From Bacillota bacterium (GTDB taxonomy: Bacteria; Bacillota; Limnochordia; Limnochordales; ZCTH02-B6): a DNA stretch of 64,000 bases. Below are positions 18,905 to 27,042 of this stretch, piece after piece (the first letter of the stretch is position 1; the number at the start of each line of letters is the position of its first letter). The notes beneath the pieces were generated by a model. That model worked only from the letters and a program-made list of their open reading frames with translations, made no database searches and was not told the DNA's origin. The stretch spans positions 17,850-81,849 of the forward strand of contig JACDOI010000004.1 in assembly GCA_017656145.1 (NCBI GenBank), in the 5' to 3' direction. Made by a program: the position numbers and the translations under genes.

Positions 18905-19924
18905 ATGTCTTTCACCGTTGCCGTCGTCCCCGCGGGCCAGTGGGGAACCGCCCTGGCCGTTCCCTTCGCCCGGCGGGGGCACCGGGTTCGCCTGTGGTTT
19001 CGCAAGCCTGAGGCTGCGGCCGGTTTTCGTTCCCGGCGGCAAAACCCCCGGCTTCCCGGCATCACCCTTCCGGAAAACGTCACGGCCACCGATGATGTGG
19101 CGGAAGCCGTCGACGGGGCCGACATCATCGTCATTGCTCCGGCAAGCCGGGGCCTTGCGGCGGTGTGCCGGCGCTTGGCGCCCCACTTGCCGCCGGGTGC
19201 CGTCCTCGTGTCCGCGGTCAAGGGGCTGTTCGCCGCCGGGCCCGCGCTGCCAAGCGGCATCATCGCGCGTGAACTTCCCGCACTGGCTTCGCAGATCGCG
19301 GTGCTCTCCGGGCCGAACTTCGCCGTCGAAGTGGCCCGGGAGCTGCCCGCCGGAACGGTGGTGGCCAGCTCCGACCCGGCTGTCGCCCGGTTTGTGCAAG
19401 AGGCGCTGATGACCGACCGGTTTCGGGTGTGGACGAGTGAAGACGTCATCGGCGTGCAGCTCGGCGGGGCTTTGAAAAACGTCATCGCCATCGGCGCGGG
19501 ATTGTCCGATGGGCTCGGCATGGGGCACAACGCCCGGGCCGCCTTGATCACCCGGGGGGTCGCTGAGATCACCCGGCTCGGGCTGGCCATGGGTGCAAAT
19601 CCGCTCACCTTTGCCGGCATGTCGGGCATCGGCGATTTGATCCTCACGTGCACGAGCGACCTGAGCCGCAACCGGCAGGCGGGCCTGGCCGTGGCCGCAG
19701 GCGAGACGCCGGAGCAGTACGAGGCGCGCGCGGGAGCGACGGTGGAGGGCATCCCCGCCGCCTGGGCCGCCCATCACCTGGCTATCGAACTCGGCGTCGA
19801 GATGCCCATCACGGCTCAAGTGTACCGCGTCTTGTACGAAGGGCTGCCGCCCATCGCCGGAGTACGGCAACTCATGACCCGGGAGCCCACCGCCGAACTG
19901 GCCGCAGGCCGCTTCCGGGGATAG
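18905..19924 (+). CDS. gpsA: NAD(P)H-dependent glycerol-3-phosphate dehydrogenase
   Basis: Motifs GQWGTALA, SGPNFAVEVA, GGALKNVIAIGAGLSDGLG and GDLILTCTS. Confidence 0.9.
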   Translation: MSFTVAVVPAGQWGTALAVPFARRGHRVRLWFRKPEAAAGFRSRRQNPRLPGITLPENVTATDDVAEAVDGADIIVIAPASRGLAAVCRRLAPHLPPGAVLVSAVKGLFAAGPALPSGIIARELPALASQIAVLSGPNFAVEVARELPAGTVVASSDPAVARFVQEALMTDRFRVWTSEDVIGVQLGGALKNVIAIGAGLSDGLGMGHNARAALITRGVAEITRLGLAMGANPLTFAGMSGIGDLILTCTSDLSRNRQAGLAVAAGETPEQYEARAGATVEGIPAAWAAHHLAIELGVEMPITAQVYRVLYEGLPPIAGVRQLMTREPTAELAAGRFRG

Positions 19925-20026
19925 CCGCACGATCGGCGCTTGATCCAAAACCGATGGCCGGATGCGAAGCCCGCTTGTCCGAGGCGCGAGCGCTCCATGA
20001 TATACTGAACGCGGAGGCGGTGAGCG

Positions 20027-20587
20027 ATGGACTGTACGGTTCATGGTGTGCGGCTGGAACTCGTTCAGGGCGACATCGCCCGCCAACCGGACATGGAGGC
20101 CATTGTCAACGCGGCCAACGCCGAGCTCATGCCGGGCGGCGGTGTGGCGGGGGCGATCCACCGGGCGGCCGGGCCGGGACTGGCCGAGGAATGCCGGCCG
20201 CTTGGGCCCATCCGGCCCGGTGAAGCGGTCATCACCGGCGGCCACAATTTGCCCAACAAGTACGTCATCCACTGCTTGGGCCCCGTGTACGGCGTGGACG
20301 AACCGTCGGACGAGCTGTTGGCCCAATGCTACCGGCGGGCGCTGGCACTGGCCGAGGAGCGGGGCATTCGATCTGTCGGCTTTCCCTCCATCTCCACCGG
20401 CGCATTCGGCTTTCCCATGGACCGCGCGGCGACCGTCGCGTTTCGCACGATGTTGGAGCAGATCCCCCGGTTGCGCACGGTGAACCACATCCGTTTCGTG
20501 CTGTGGGGCGCGGACGCGCTGCGCACGCACGAGGCGGCGCTCTCCCGGTGCTTGGAGGAGGCCGGGCTTCCGAGCTCCGAGGGCTGA
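20027..20587 (+). CDS. Macro domain protein (O-acetyl-ADP-ribose deacetylase-like)
   Basis: Motifs VQGDIA, IVNAANAELMPGGGVAGAIHRAAGP and FPSISTGAFGFP. Confidence 0.85.
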   Translation: MDCTVHGVRLELVQGDIARQPDMEAIVNAANAELMPGGGVAGAIHRAAGPGLAEECRPLGPIRPGEAVITGGHNLPNKYVIHCLGPVYGVDEPSDELLAQCYRRALALAEERGIRSVGFPSISTGAFGFPMDRAATVAFRTMLEQIPRLRTVNHIRFVLWGADALRTHEAALSRCLEEAGLPSSEG

Positions 20588-20598
20588 CAAGCCGCATC

Positions 20599-20623
20599 GG
20601 TCCCGTCCGGGGAGGGGCCTTTT
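20599..20623 (+). terminator. Putative intrinsic terminator after the macro-domain gene
   Basis: The stem is ggtccc/ggggcc (one G-U pair), the loop is 9 nt, and tttt follows. Confidence 0.45.
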
Positions 20624-20713
20624 CATCGGCTGTCGTCGTCTGGCGCACGGTGCTCTGGCTCGATCCTGCAATCGGGTGGCTCGACGGACGCCCGTCGGCG
20701 AAGGGAGAGGGCG

Positions 20714-21889
20714 ATGATGTCGAAATCGTCCACGGCTCGCGCTCAGGCGCTCTACTTTACACATATTTACCTGGAGAACTGGAAGAACTTCCTGCACGTT
20801 GATCGAGCATTGCAGCGGCGCGTGTTCCTGGTCGGGCCCAATGCTTCAGGGAAGTCCAACTTGCTGGACGCCTTTCGCTTCCTGCGCGATCTGGTTACGG
20901 TCGGCGGCGGGTTTCAAGAAGCCGTTCGGCGCCGCGGGGGGCTGTCAGCCATTCGTTGCCTTGCGGCGCGCAAGCAACCTAACGTCGTGATCCGTGTCTC
21001 GATTGGAACGCAGGAGAAACCGGATAAGTGGGTCTATGAACTTCAGTTCACCCAGGACAACCAGCGCAGAACGCTTGTGAAGCGGGAGCGCGTCACCCGG
21101 GATGGAGAAGAACTCCTCTCCCGGCCAAATGAGGATGACCAATCGGATCCGGAGCGGTTGACCCAGACCTACCTGGAGCAAGTCAATGTGAATAAGGACT
21201 TTCGCCAGGTCGTGGATTTTTTCGCGTCCATTCGCTACCTCCATGTGGTTCCCCAGTTGGTGCGGGAACCCGAACGGTCGGTGGGCAAGGAGAATGACCC
21301 CTACGGCGGGGACTTCCTCGAACAGATCGCCCGTACCAATGACAAAACGCGCAAAGCCCGTTTCCAACGGATTCGAGAGGCATTGGCCGTCGCGGTTCCG
21401 CAGTTGAAGGAGCTTGAACTTTACAGAGATGTGCGGGGCACGCCTCACTTGCGGGGAAAGTATGAGCACTGGCGGCCGCAGGGAGCTTGGCAAGACGAGC
21501 GCCAGTTGTCCGACGGTACGCTCCGGCTCTTTGGCCTCCTATGGTCGGTGCTGGATGGGCACGGTCCGCTGTTGCTGGAGGAGCCCGAGCTGTCGTTGCA
21601 TCCCGAGGTCGTGCGGCACATTCCGCAGATGTTTGCGCGCATTCAGCGGAAGACCGGTCGGCAGCTGCTGATCAGTACACACTCGACCGGCCTGTTGCAA
21701 GACGAAGGCGTGGGATTGGATGAGGTGATGCTCCTCCAACCTGGTCGAGAGGGTACGTTTGTTCGAACGGCCACCGACATTCAAGACGTTGAGTCCCTAC
21801 TCGATGGAGGCGTGGGGCTTGATGAAATTGTGATGGCGGAGACCGCTCCCCGGAAAGTGGAGCAACTGGCGCTGTTTGGTGATCGATAA
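20714..21889 (+). CDS. ABC/SMC-like AAA ATPase (AAA_15/AAA_21-like), candidate defence ATPase
   Basis: Walker A GPNASGKSN near the N-terminus, signature-like QLSDGTLRLFGLL, Walker B LLLEEPELSLHP, and the H-loop region ISTHS. Confidence 0.8.
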   Translation: MMSKSSTARAQALYFTHIYLENWKNFLHVDRALQRRVFLVGPNASGKSNLLDAFRFLRDLVTVGGGFQEAVRRRGGLSAIRCLAARKQPNVVIRVSIGTQEKPDKWVYELQFTQDNQRRTLVKRERVTRDGEELLSRPNEDDQSDPERLTQTYLEQVNVNKDFRQVVDFFASIRYLHVVPQLVREPERSVGKENDPYGGDFLEQIARTNDKTRKARFQRIREALAVAVPQLKELELYRDVRGTPHLRGKYEHWRPQGAWQDERQLSDGTLRLFGLLWSVLDGHGPLLLEEPELSLHPEVVRHIPQMFARIQRKTGRQLLISTHSTGLLQDEGVGLDEVMLLQPGREGTFVRTATDIQDVESLLDGGVGLDEIVMAETAPRKVEQLALFGDR

Positions 21890-22503
21890 TGCGACGAGAG
21901 GTTATCGTAAACGGTGCCGTAGAAGGCCCGGTGGACGAAGCGGTACTGGTACGCCTGGTCACACACGCGGGTGGCCAGGCTCACGTCATCTACGGCAAGC
22001 GCGGGAAGAAAGCGCTGCTCCAGCGGCTGGGCGGATACAACCGGGCTGCCGAGCACTCGCCGTGGGTGGTGCTTGTCGATTTGGACAATGACTACGATTG
22101 CCCTGTCCCTTTCCGGAAAGCTGTGTTGCCGCAACCCGCTCGTTGGATGTGTTTTCGGATTGTCGTGCGTGCCGTGGAGGCTTGGTTGTTGGCAGACAGG
22201 GATCGCATCGCTCGTTTTCTTCGCGTCAGCCGGGACGTGATCCCACGGAATCCGGAGGTGCTGTCCGATCCCAAGGCGGCGCTTGTGCAGATCGCTGCGC
22301 GGTCCCGTTCCCGGCATATACGGGAGGACATGGTTCCCCGGCAGGGCAGTCGCCGACGCGTAGGCCCTGCGTATGCGTCCAGATTGAGAGAGTTCGTCAC
22401 GGATCCCGACACTGGCTGGAGGCCCGACGTGGCTGCAGCTTCCTCGGAAAGTTTGCGGAGAGCTCTAACCTGCTTGCAACGGCTCTTGGCCGGAGCTGCC
22501 TAG
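21889..22503 (+). CDS. Toprim-like small protein (DUF4276/DUF4435-like), partner of the ATPase
   Basis: The start is coupled to the upstream stop (TAATG). An N-terminal AVEGPVDEAVL (Glu) and VVLVDLDND (DxD) are followed by RAVEAWLLAD, the Toprim motif order. Confidence 0.6.
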   Translation: MRREVIVNGAVEGPVDEAVLVRLVTHAGGQAHVIYGKRGKKALLQRLGGYNRAAEHSPWVVLVDLDNDYDCPVPFRKAVLPQPARWMCFRIVVRAVEAWLLADRDRIARFLRVSRDVIPRNPEVLSDPKAALVQIAARSRSRHIREDMVPRQGSRRRVGPAYASRLREFVTDPDTGWRPDVAAASSESLRRALTCLQRLLAGAA

Positions 22504-22559
22504 TGGGGCCATCGCTTACCCCTAATTCGGCACGGTGTTGCCTGAACCTGGAACCGAAG

Positions 22560-23340
22560 CAGCGAATGGCCGGGACCGGAATCCGGTACGGGAGCCGCTT
22601 TTGGGCCGCTTTCGGCTACTCCTTCAGCTTCTTTGCGACCGACGCCAGTTTCGCATCCATGTCGCTGGGCTTATCCCGGCGGTCGTCGACTTTGATGACT
22701 GAGGAAATGCGTACGGCACCCAGCTCGGCCACGGCCTCGTGCATCTTGAGGATTACATCGAAGATGTCCTTCAGGTCGCCTTGGATGGTGGTGAACATCG
22801 GATCCATGCGGTACTTGATCCGGGGCTCTGCTCGCAACACCTTCTCAGCCGCCGCCACATAGCGGCTGACGCTCGTTTCTCCCGTCCCGATGGGGGTGAT
22901 GCTTACGGCGACGATGGCCATCGGCGATGCCTCCTTCACGGCTCTTTCCGGGTGACTTCGCTTCCGGCCGCCGAAAGGGGCGTCCGGGGCGCCGGCAAAT
23001 GCGACCGGGACGCCGGCCAGCGCAACCGAAAAACCGGATTGCCTGGCAGATCACTCGATGATGCTCATGCCCGGTGTAAACGACAGTAGCCGCGGAAACC
23101 GGGTAAGAAAGTTCCGCGGCTCGGTTACAGGGACCTTCCACACCTGGTGGTCCGCCGCCTGTGGAGTGAACAACGACCAGCGGGCAAAGCTTCTGGCCAT
23201 AGCGGCCCGGCGGGGATTGCGGGGGCATTCCGAACTCATCAAAGAGGCTGTGGAGCGATATTTGCAAGAGGAAGAGAGCCGCCAAGCCAGTGTGCAGAAG
23301 GTTCTCGAGCTGGAAGGAGCTCTCACCGCTGAGGACGAGC
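22560..23340. repeat. Direct repeat copy A (~0.78 kb; partner at 28933-29710)
   Basis: Aligned by eye. 22614-23009 is identical to 28983-29378 (396 bp); the remainder carries scattered substitutions. Confidence 0.9.
22616..22921 (-). CDS. MTH1187/YkoF-family (DUF77) thiamine-binding-like protein, copy A
   Basis: The MAIVAVSITPIGTGETSVSRYVA... pattern fits the family. GGAGG sits 8 nt upstream of ATG 22921. The tracked start at 22939 would include the RBS. Confidence 0.75.
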   Translation of the reverse strand: MAIVAVSITPIGTGETSVSRYVAAAEKVLRAEPRIKYRMDPMFTTIQGDLKDIFDVILKMHEAVAELGAVRISSVIKVDDRRDKPSDMDAKLASVAKKLKE

Positions 23341-23390
23341 AGAAGGCCGCGCAACGGATCCGGGAGACATGGGCGCGATGGAGGCCGTAG
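23166..23390 (+). CDS. Ribbon-helix-helix (CopG/VapB-like) antitoxin
   Basis: QRAKLLAIAARRGLRGHSELIKEAVERYLQEE is followed by LEGALTAEDEQKAAQRIRETW, a typical VapB-type tail. The stop overlaps the PIN remnant's start. The start codon is uncertain. Confidence 0.55.
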   Translation: MNNDQRAKLLAIAARRGLRGHSELIKEAVERYLQEEESRQASVQKVLELEGALTAEDEQKAAQRIRETWARWRP

Positions 23391-23523
23391 TGGACACCTC
23401 CGTCGTGATCGGGTTCTTGCGCGGCCGAATGCCCTGATGCACCGCAATCCGCTGGTGACGAGCAACGTGCGCGATTTTTCGCCCATAAAAGGGATAGACC
23501 CAAGCCCTGTCAAGATTGGTTGA
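23378..23523 (+). pseudogene. PIN-domain (VapC-like) toxin remnant with internal deletion
   Basis: An N-terminal MEAVVDTSVVIGFLRG runs to a stop at 23437. A C-terminal LVTSNVRDFSPIKGI follows in another frame, ending at 23523. The middle ~80 aa of a PIN domain are missing. Confidence 0.6.
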
Positions 23524-24045
23524 CTCGTGGTCATCCTCCCCCGTGTCGATGGACTTGATGCCGTTCCTGTCAAACAACTGGACCAGTACTTCCAGCTCCC
23601 GCAGCGCGTCGGCTACGAGAGCGAGGAAGGTTTTGTCGTCCGCGAAGACGGTGATGGACGACGGCGGTACACCGTCAGCCAGATGATCCCACACCGCTAC
23701 GGAGATACCGGGGTGGTGCCCCTGGTCTGTAGCCCGAACCTGAGGCAGTTGGGGGATAAGTCCCGAAAGCTGCGGCTGGACTGGCAGACGGACCACTTCT
23801 GTTGCTTCGGCTGCGGCCTGCGCCCCTTAGAAGGCCCGAAAAACGCCGTAATCCTGTGCGGAAGGAATTGCGCAAAAAAGTCTGACGATTAGTCGCAAGG
23901 CCATCAGAAATTGTGCAGTGTCAGACTTGACGGGTGCTCGTGGATATGGCGACAGAGTGGACTGTCGCAAATGAAGCAGTCAAAGGCGCTCGAAGCCGTA
24001 TACAAAACGGCTCGTCTTGTACGGCCCACAAAGCATGGGAAGGTA

Positions 24046-24074
24046 TTGACAAGATGGGACATGTAAAGTAGAAT
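24046..24074 (+). promoter_or_regulatory. Near-consensus sigma-A promoter (TTGACA-17 nt-TAGAAT)
   Basis: Read directly. AGGAGG (24091) and ATG 24103 follow, opening only a 20-codon ORF. Confidence 0.6.
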
Positions 24075-24139
24075 TAGGACACATAAAGAAAGGAGGGGTT
24101 AGATGATGGAAAAAAGCCGCCTCCTACGTGAGAGTTTCC

Positions 24140-24335
24140 ACTGGCTATGGGCCGGTTTTTCCTGAACATGATGGCCGCCTTTGCGGAGCTTGGGCGCAAC
24201 CTCGTCGCTCAGAGGACGGCTACTGCCCTGGCTCAGAAAGCGCACCGAGAAGTTTACAGCCCTACCCCCCTACGGATTTGACCGGGTAGCGGAGAGAGTG
24301 GCGGAAGACGCCCATCAGCAGGAGACGCAAAACAG
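24140..24335 (+). pseudogene. Serine recombinase remnant (frameshifted, N-terminal catalytic domain missing)
   Basis: FFLNMMAAFAELGRNLVAQRTATALAQKA is the conserved resolvase helix region. PPYGFDRV follows in a second frame. Confidence 0.5.
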
Positions 24336-24354
24336 CTGTCAGGAGGTGGCCTCA

Positions 24355-24549
24355 ATGGCCGAAAGGCTTTTGACTTTGGAGGAGGTGGCAGAACGACTGG
24401 TTGTTGCTCCAAAAACCATTCGGGACTGGTTAAGGGAAGGGAAGTTAAGGGGATTGAAGGTTGGCAAGCTATGGCGAGTTCGGGAGCAAGATCTTGAGGC
24501 CTTCTTAGCTGAAGCGGAAAGGGCTACAACACAGGGTAAGGACAATTGA
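24355..24549 (+). CDS. Excisionase-family helix-turn-helix DNA-binding protein
   Basis: AGGAGG sits 8 nt before ATG 24355. LLTLEEVAERLVVAPKTIRDWLREGKLRGLKVGKLWRVREQDLEAFL is an HTH_17-type pattern. Confidence 0.75.
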   Translation: MAERLLTLEEVAERLVVAPKTIRDWLREGKLRGLKVGKLWRVREQDLEAFLAEAERATTQGKDN

Positions 24550-24616
24550 TATTGAGAAAAGATAAACTGCATAAGCCAGAGAAGGAACAACCTCTCTGCG
24601 GTCTGGTTCGGAGGAG

Positions 24617-25726
24617 TTGTTTTCAGGGGGAAAGAAGGCCTTGAAGACAGCAAATTTGAGTTCACTGGCGGTGGGCTACCCTTCCCATGTTATTGGTCAA
24701 TCGCTCATCCTACAGGCTGATTGCTTTGAATGGCTGAGCCGTGTGCCTGAGAACAGTATCCACGCGATTATTACAGATCCGCCCTACGGGGTAAAAGAAT
24801 ACGAATTCGACCAACTCCAGAAGCGGGCCAATGGAAATGGGGGGACATGGCGGATTCCACCCTCCTTCGACGGCCATATGCGCTCCCCTCTGCCCAGGTT
24901 CACTGCGTTAAATCAGAAGGAGCGCGAATCCTTGCGCCACTTCTTTGTAGAGTGGGCCCGCCTTGCGGTGAAAGCGCTACGTCCAGGTGGTCATGTCTTT
25001 ATTGCTAGCAACGCCTTCATTTCGCACCTGACCTTTTCCGCACTGGTCGAGGGAGGATTGGAGTTTAGGGGGGAAATCATCCGGCTTGTACGCACCCTGC
25101 GGGGCGGAGATCGACCTAAAAATGCGGAGAAGGAATTCCCCCAAGTTTCTTCAATGCCCCGCGGGTGCTATGAACCTTGGGGGCTCTTTCGGAAGCCCTT
25201 GCCCAAAGGTATGACTGTAGCCGATTGTCTGCGGGAATTTCAAACGGGAGGACTACGCCGCTTGCCCAACGGCAACCCCTTCTGTGACGTAATTTTCAGT
25301 GAGCGCACGCCTGGGCAGGAACGAAAAATCGCCAACCACCCCAGCTTAAAACCTCAGTCCCTGCTGCGTCAGCTGGTCTACGTGGCGCTACCTTTAGGCG
25401 AGGGCATAATCGTTGATCCCTTCATGGGCTCGGGTTCGACGGTAGCCGCAGCCGAAGCACAAGGGCTGTCTTGCATCGGTATCGAGCGGTATCGCGAGTA
25501 CTTCGAAATGAGCACGCGGGCCATTCCGGCCTTAGCTGCGTTGGATGTGAGTCCCTGGGCACAGCACCCATGGGGTCGCCAGGTCCGTCTCTTTGACGAA
25601 ATGCTACGGAGCCCGATAGACCCAATTGGCGAGCATCTTGCGCAGGCCCGATCGAGTGACGCTGGCCGTAATGGTGCGGCGGCTGGTAGGCGAGCGCCCA
25701 GAAAAACTCCAGTCGGCCTTTTCTAG
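24617..25726 (+). CDS. Type II DNA methyltransferase (N6-adenine/N4-cytosine, beta-class order)
   Basis: Motif IV IITDPPYG is near the N-terminus and motif I DPFMGSGSTVAAAE near the C-terminus. The start codon is uncertain. GC looks lower than the flanks. Confidence 0.85.
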   Translation: MFSGGKKALKTANLSSLAVGYPSHVIGQSLILQADCFEWLSRVPENSIHAIITDPPYGVKEYEFDQLQKRANGNGGTWRIPPSFDGHMRSPLPRFTALNQKERESLRHFFVEWARLAVKALRPGGHVFIASNAFISHLTFSALVEGGLEFRGEIIRLVRTLRGGDRPKNAEKEFPQVSSMPRGCYEPWGLFRKPLPKGMTVADCLREFQTGGLRRLPNGNPFCDVIFSERTPGQERKIANHPSLKPQSLLRQLVYVALPLGEGIIVDPFMGSGSTVAAAEAQGLSCIGIERYREYFEMSTRAIPALAALDVSPWAQHPWGRQVRLFDEMLRSPIDPIGEHLAQARSSDAGRNGAAAGRRAPRKTPVGLF

Positions 25727-26248
25727 GCGGGCGCAGTAGACAGCTCGAAAACTGAAGGGTTGTGGAGAGACCCCCTGCAGGGCGTCGCTAGGACGGTTGC
25801 TGGTAAACACGAATACCATCAGCCATACGTCTTCAGGGTTGTGACCTTGCCAGCCCTGTTCATAGCGAGACGCCTTGATTTCGATCCCCTCGTCGGTATG
25901 TTGAACGGCATTATTGGGAAAGCGACCTGCGGGAATTAGGTCGGGGTGCCCGTTGTGGTACCGGTTCGCAACCAGGGAAGGACAAAAAACGGGAATATTG
26001 GCTTTCATGAACTCCCCGACTATACTGCTGAAGTTAGCAGGCATTAGCAAGGACTCTATGCGGGGCAGACCCTTGCTATGTAGTTGCTGGTTGAGAAAGC
26101 CCAGAAAATCGACGAAACTTTCCATCGCCTGCCGCACGTGGTGAACTTCCAAGCCGTACGGAAGTTTAGCGGCAGGATTAAATCCTGCAGGCTCGACAGG
26201 TGTTGGGGTACAGGCGCGTTTCTCTAGCTCGTCTTTCATGCATTTCAT
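25604..26248 (-). CDS. Putative type II restriction endonuclease (PD-(D/E)xK)
   Basis: GHPDLIPAG ... DEGIEIKASR gives a PD...ExK arrangement. The gene is convergent with the MTase. The start is taken at M92/M95 (26248/26239), where GC content changes. The tracked 305-aa start at 26521 was rejected. Confidence 0.6.
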   Translation of the reverse strand: MKCMKDELEKRACTPTPVEPAGFNPAAKLPYGLEVHHVRQAMESFVDFLGFLNQQLHSKGLPRIESLLMPANFSSIVGEFMKANIPVFCPSLVANRYHNGHPDLIPAGRFPNNAVQHTDEGIEIKASRYEQGWQGHNPEDVWLMVFVFTSNRPSDALQGVSPQPFSFRAVYCARLEKADWSFSGRSPTSRRTITASVTRSGLRKMLANWVYRAP

Positions 26249-26555
26249 CTTACCACATTTTGATACCGATGATGAACGTTCCCATGGTTCCAGGATGACG
26301 TCAAGCCACTGTCGCACGGAGGAGGATAGATTCCGGCGCGGGAGGCGGGATTCGACGACGACGGATGCCTGTACTACCTCTACGAGCAGGGGAAGCTCCA
26401 CTTCGTGCGCATCGGCAACAAGAAGAGCCAGCGCCACGACGTCGCCTGGTTGCGGCGCCACTACGCGAAGGGCCGTCGTCGGAGCGCTGGATAAACGTCC
26501 CTCTTGCCGCGCGAGGTCCACGCTTTCAGCCGCGTCCGCCCGGAGGGATCCGGAG

Positions 26556-26746
26556 ATGACAGGGGAGAATGGTCACGACCGTGGGTTGTCACCTGTCGGC
26601 CTAAACGCTGAACAGTCGGCTTTTGTGATGCACCATGGACCAGACTCTCCTCCATGCCCCGGTTGGCACGGGCAAGACCCGGGCCCTGGGCGAGCGCGCT
26701 GCCCAGGCGATTGTGGCCGGCATCAAGCCTTCACGGCTCCTATGCT
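26556..26746 (+). pseudogene. UvrD/Rep-type helicase N-terminal remnant (frameshift, truncated)
   Basis: After an RBS-like GGAGGGATCCGGAG, ATG 26556 opens ...GLNAEQSAFV.... In another frame LLHAPVGTGKTRALGERAAQAIVAGIKPSRLL (Walker A) follows, then a stop. Confidence 0.5.
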
Positions 26747-27042
26747 AGCGACCGCCCGGCACGTGGAGATTCCGTATCGTCCCAGCTGTGCCCGCCGGGC
26801 CTGTGAGCACGACGGCCTTTCGCCACGCGACACAACACTTTCGTCGCGAAGGTTTGCCAGCCAAGATTCGTCAACGTTGGGAAACGCTAGGGGCCCTATG
26901 CGGGAGGCCACGGGTAAGTACGCCGGGGTGGGTGATCACACCCCGGGTGGTCTGAGACGGTGACGCCTCACACTGACAGCAAATAACAATCAGTTTGGCA
27001 GTAAAAATAAAGATTTGCTGCCATTTCTAGTTAGACGTCGCG

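Noticed and set aside
18584-20797. 737-aa minus-strand ORF
   Set aside because: It lies antisense to gpsA and the macro-domain gene, both of which have clear family motifs. The sequence is Arg/Pro/Gly-rich and low-complexity, typical of spurious open frames in high-GC DNA.
22940-23160. Possible TPP (THI-box) or other riboswitch in the leader of the MTH1187/YkoF-family gene (minus strand), duplicated at 29309-29529
   Set aside because: I looked on the minus strand for the TPP core (CUGAGA and ACCUGAUCUGGAUAAUGCCAGCG) and for cobalamin and ZTP signatures. Only a weak resemblance (GUGAUCUGCCAGGCAAUCCGG) and a GGCGUCC...GGACGCC hairpin are present. An Rfam cmscan would settle it.
26238-26963. 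241-aa plus-strand ORF, and the long N-terminal extension of the endonuclease ORF (to 26521)
   Set aside because: The region is high-GC debris: an excisionase-like fragment (YYLYEQGKLHFVRIGNKK) and the UvrD stub in different frames. Neither long ORF has coherent protein-like sequence.
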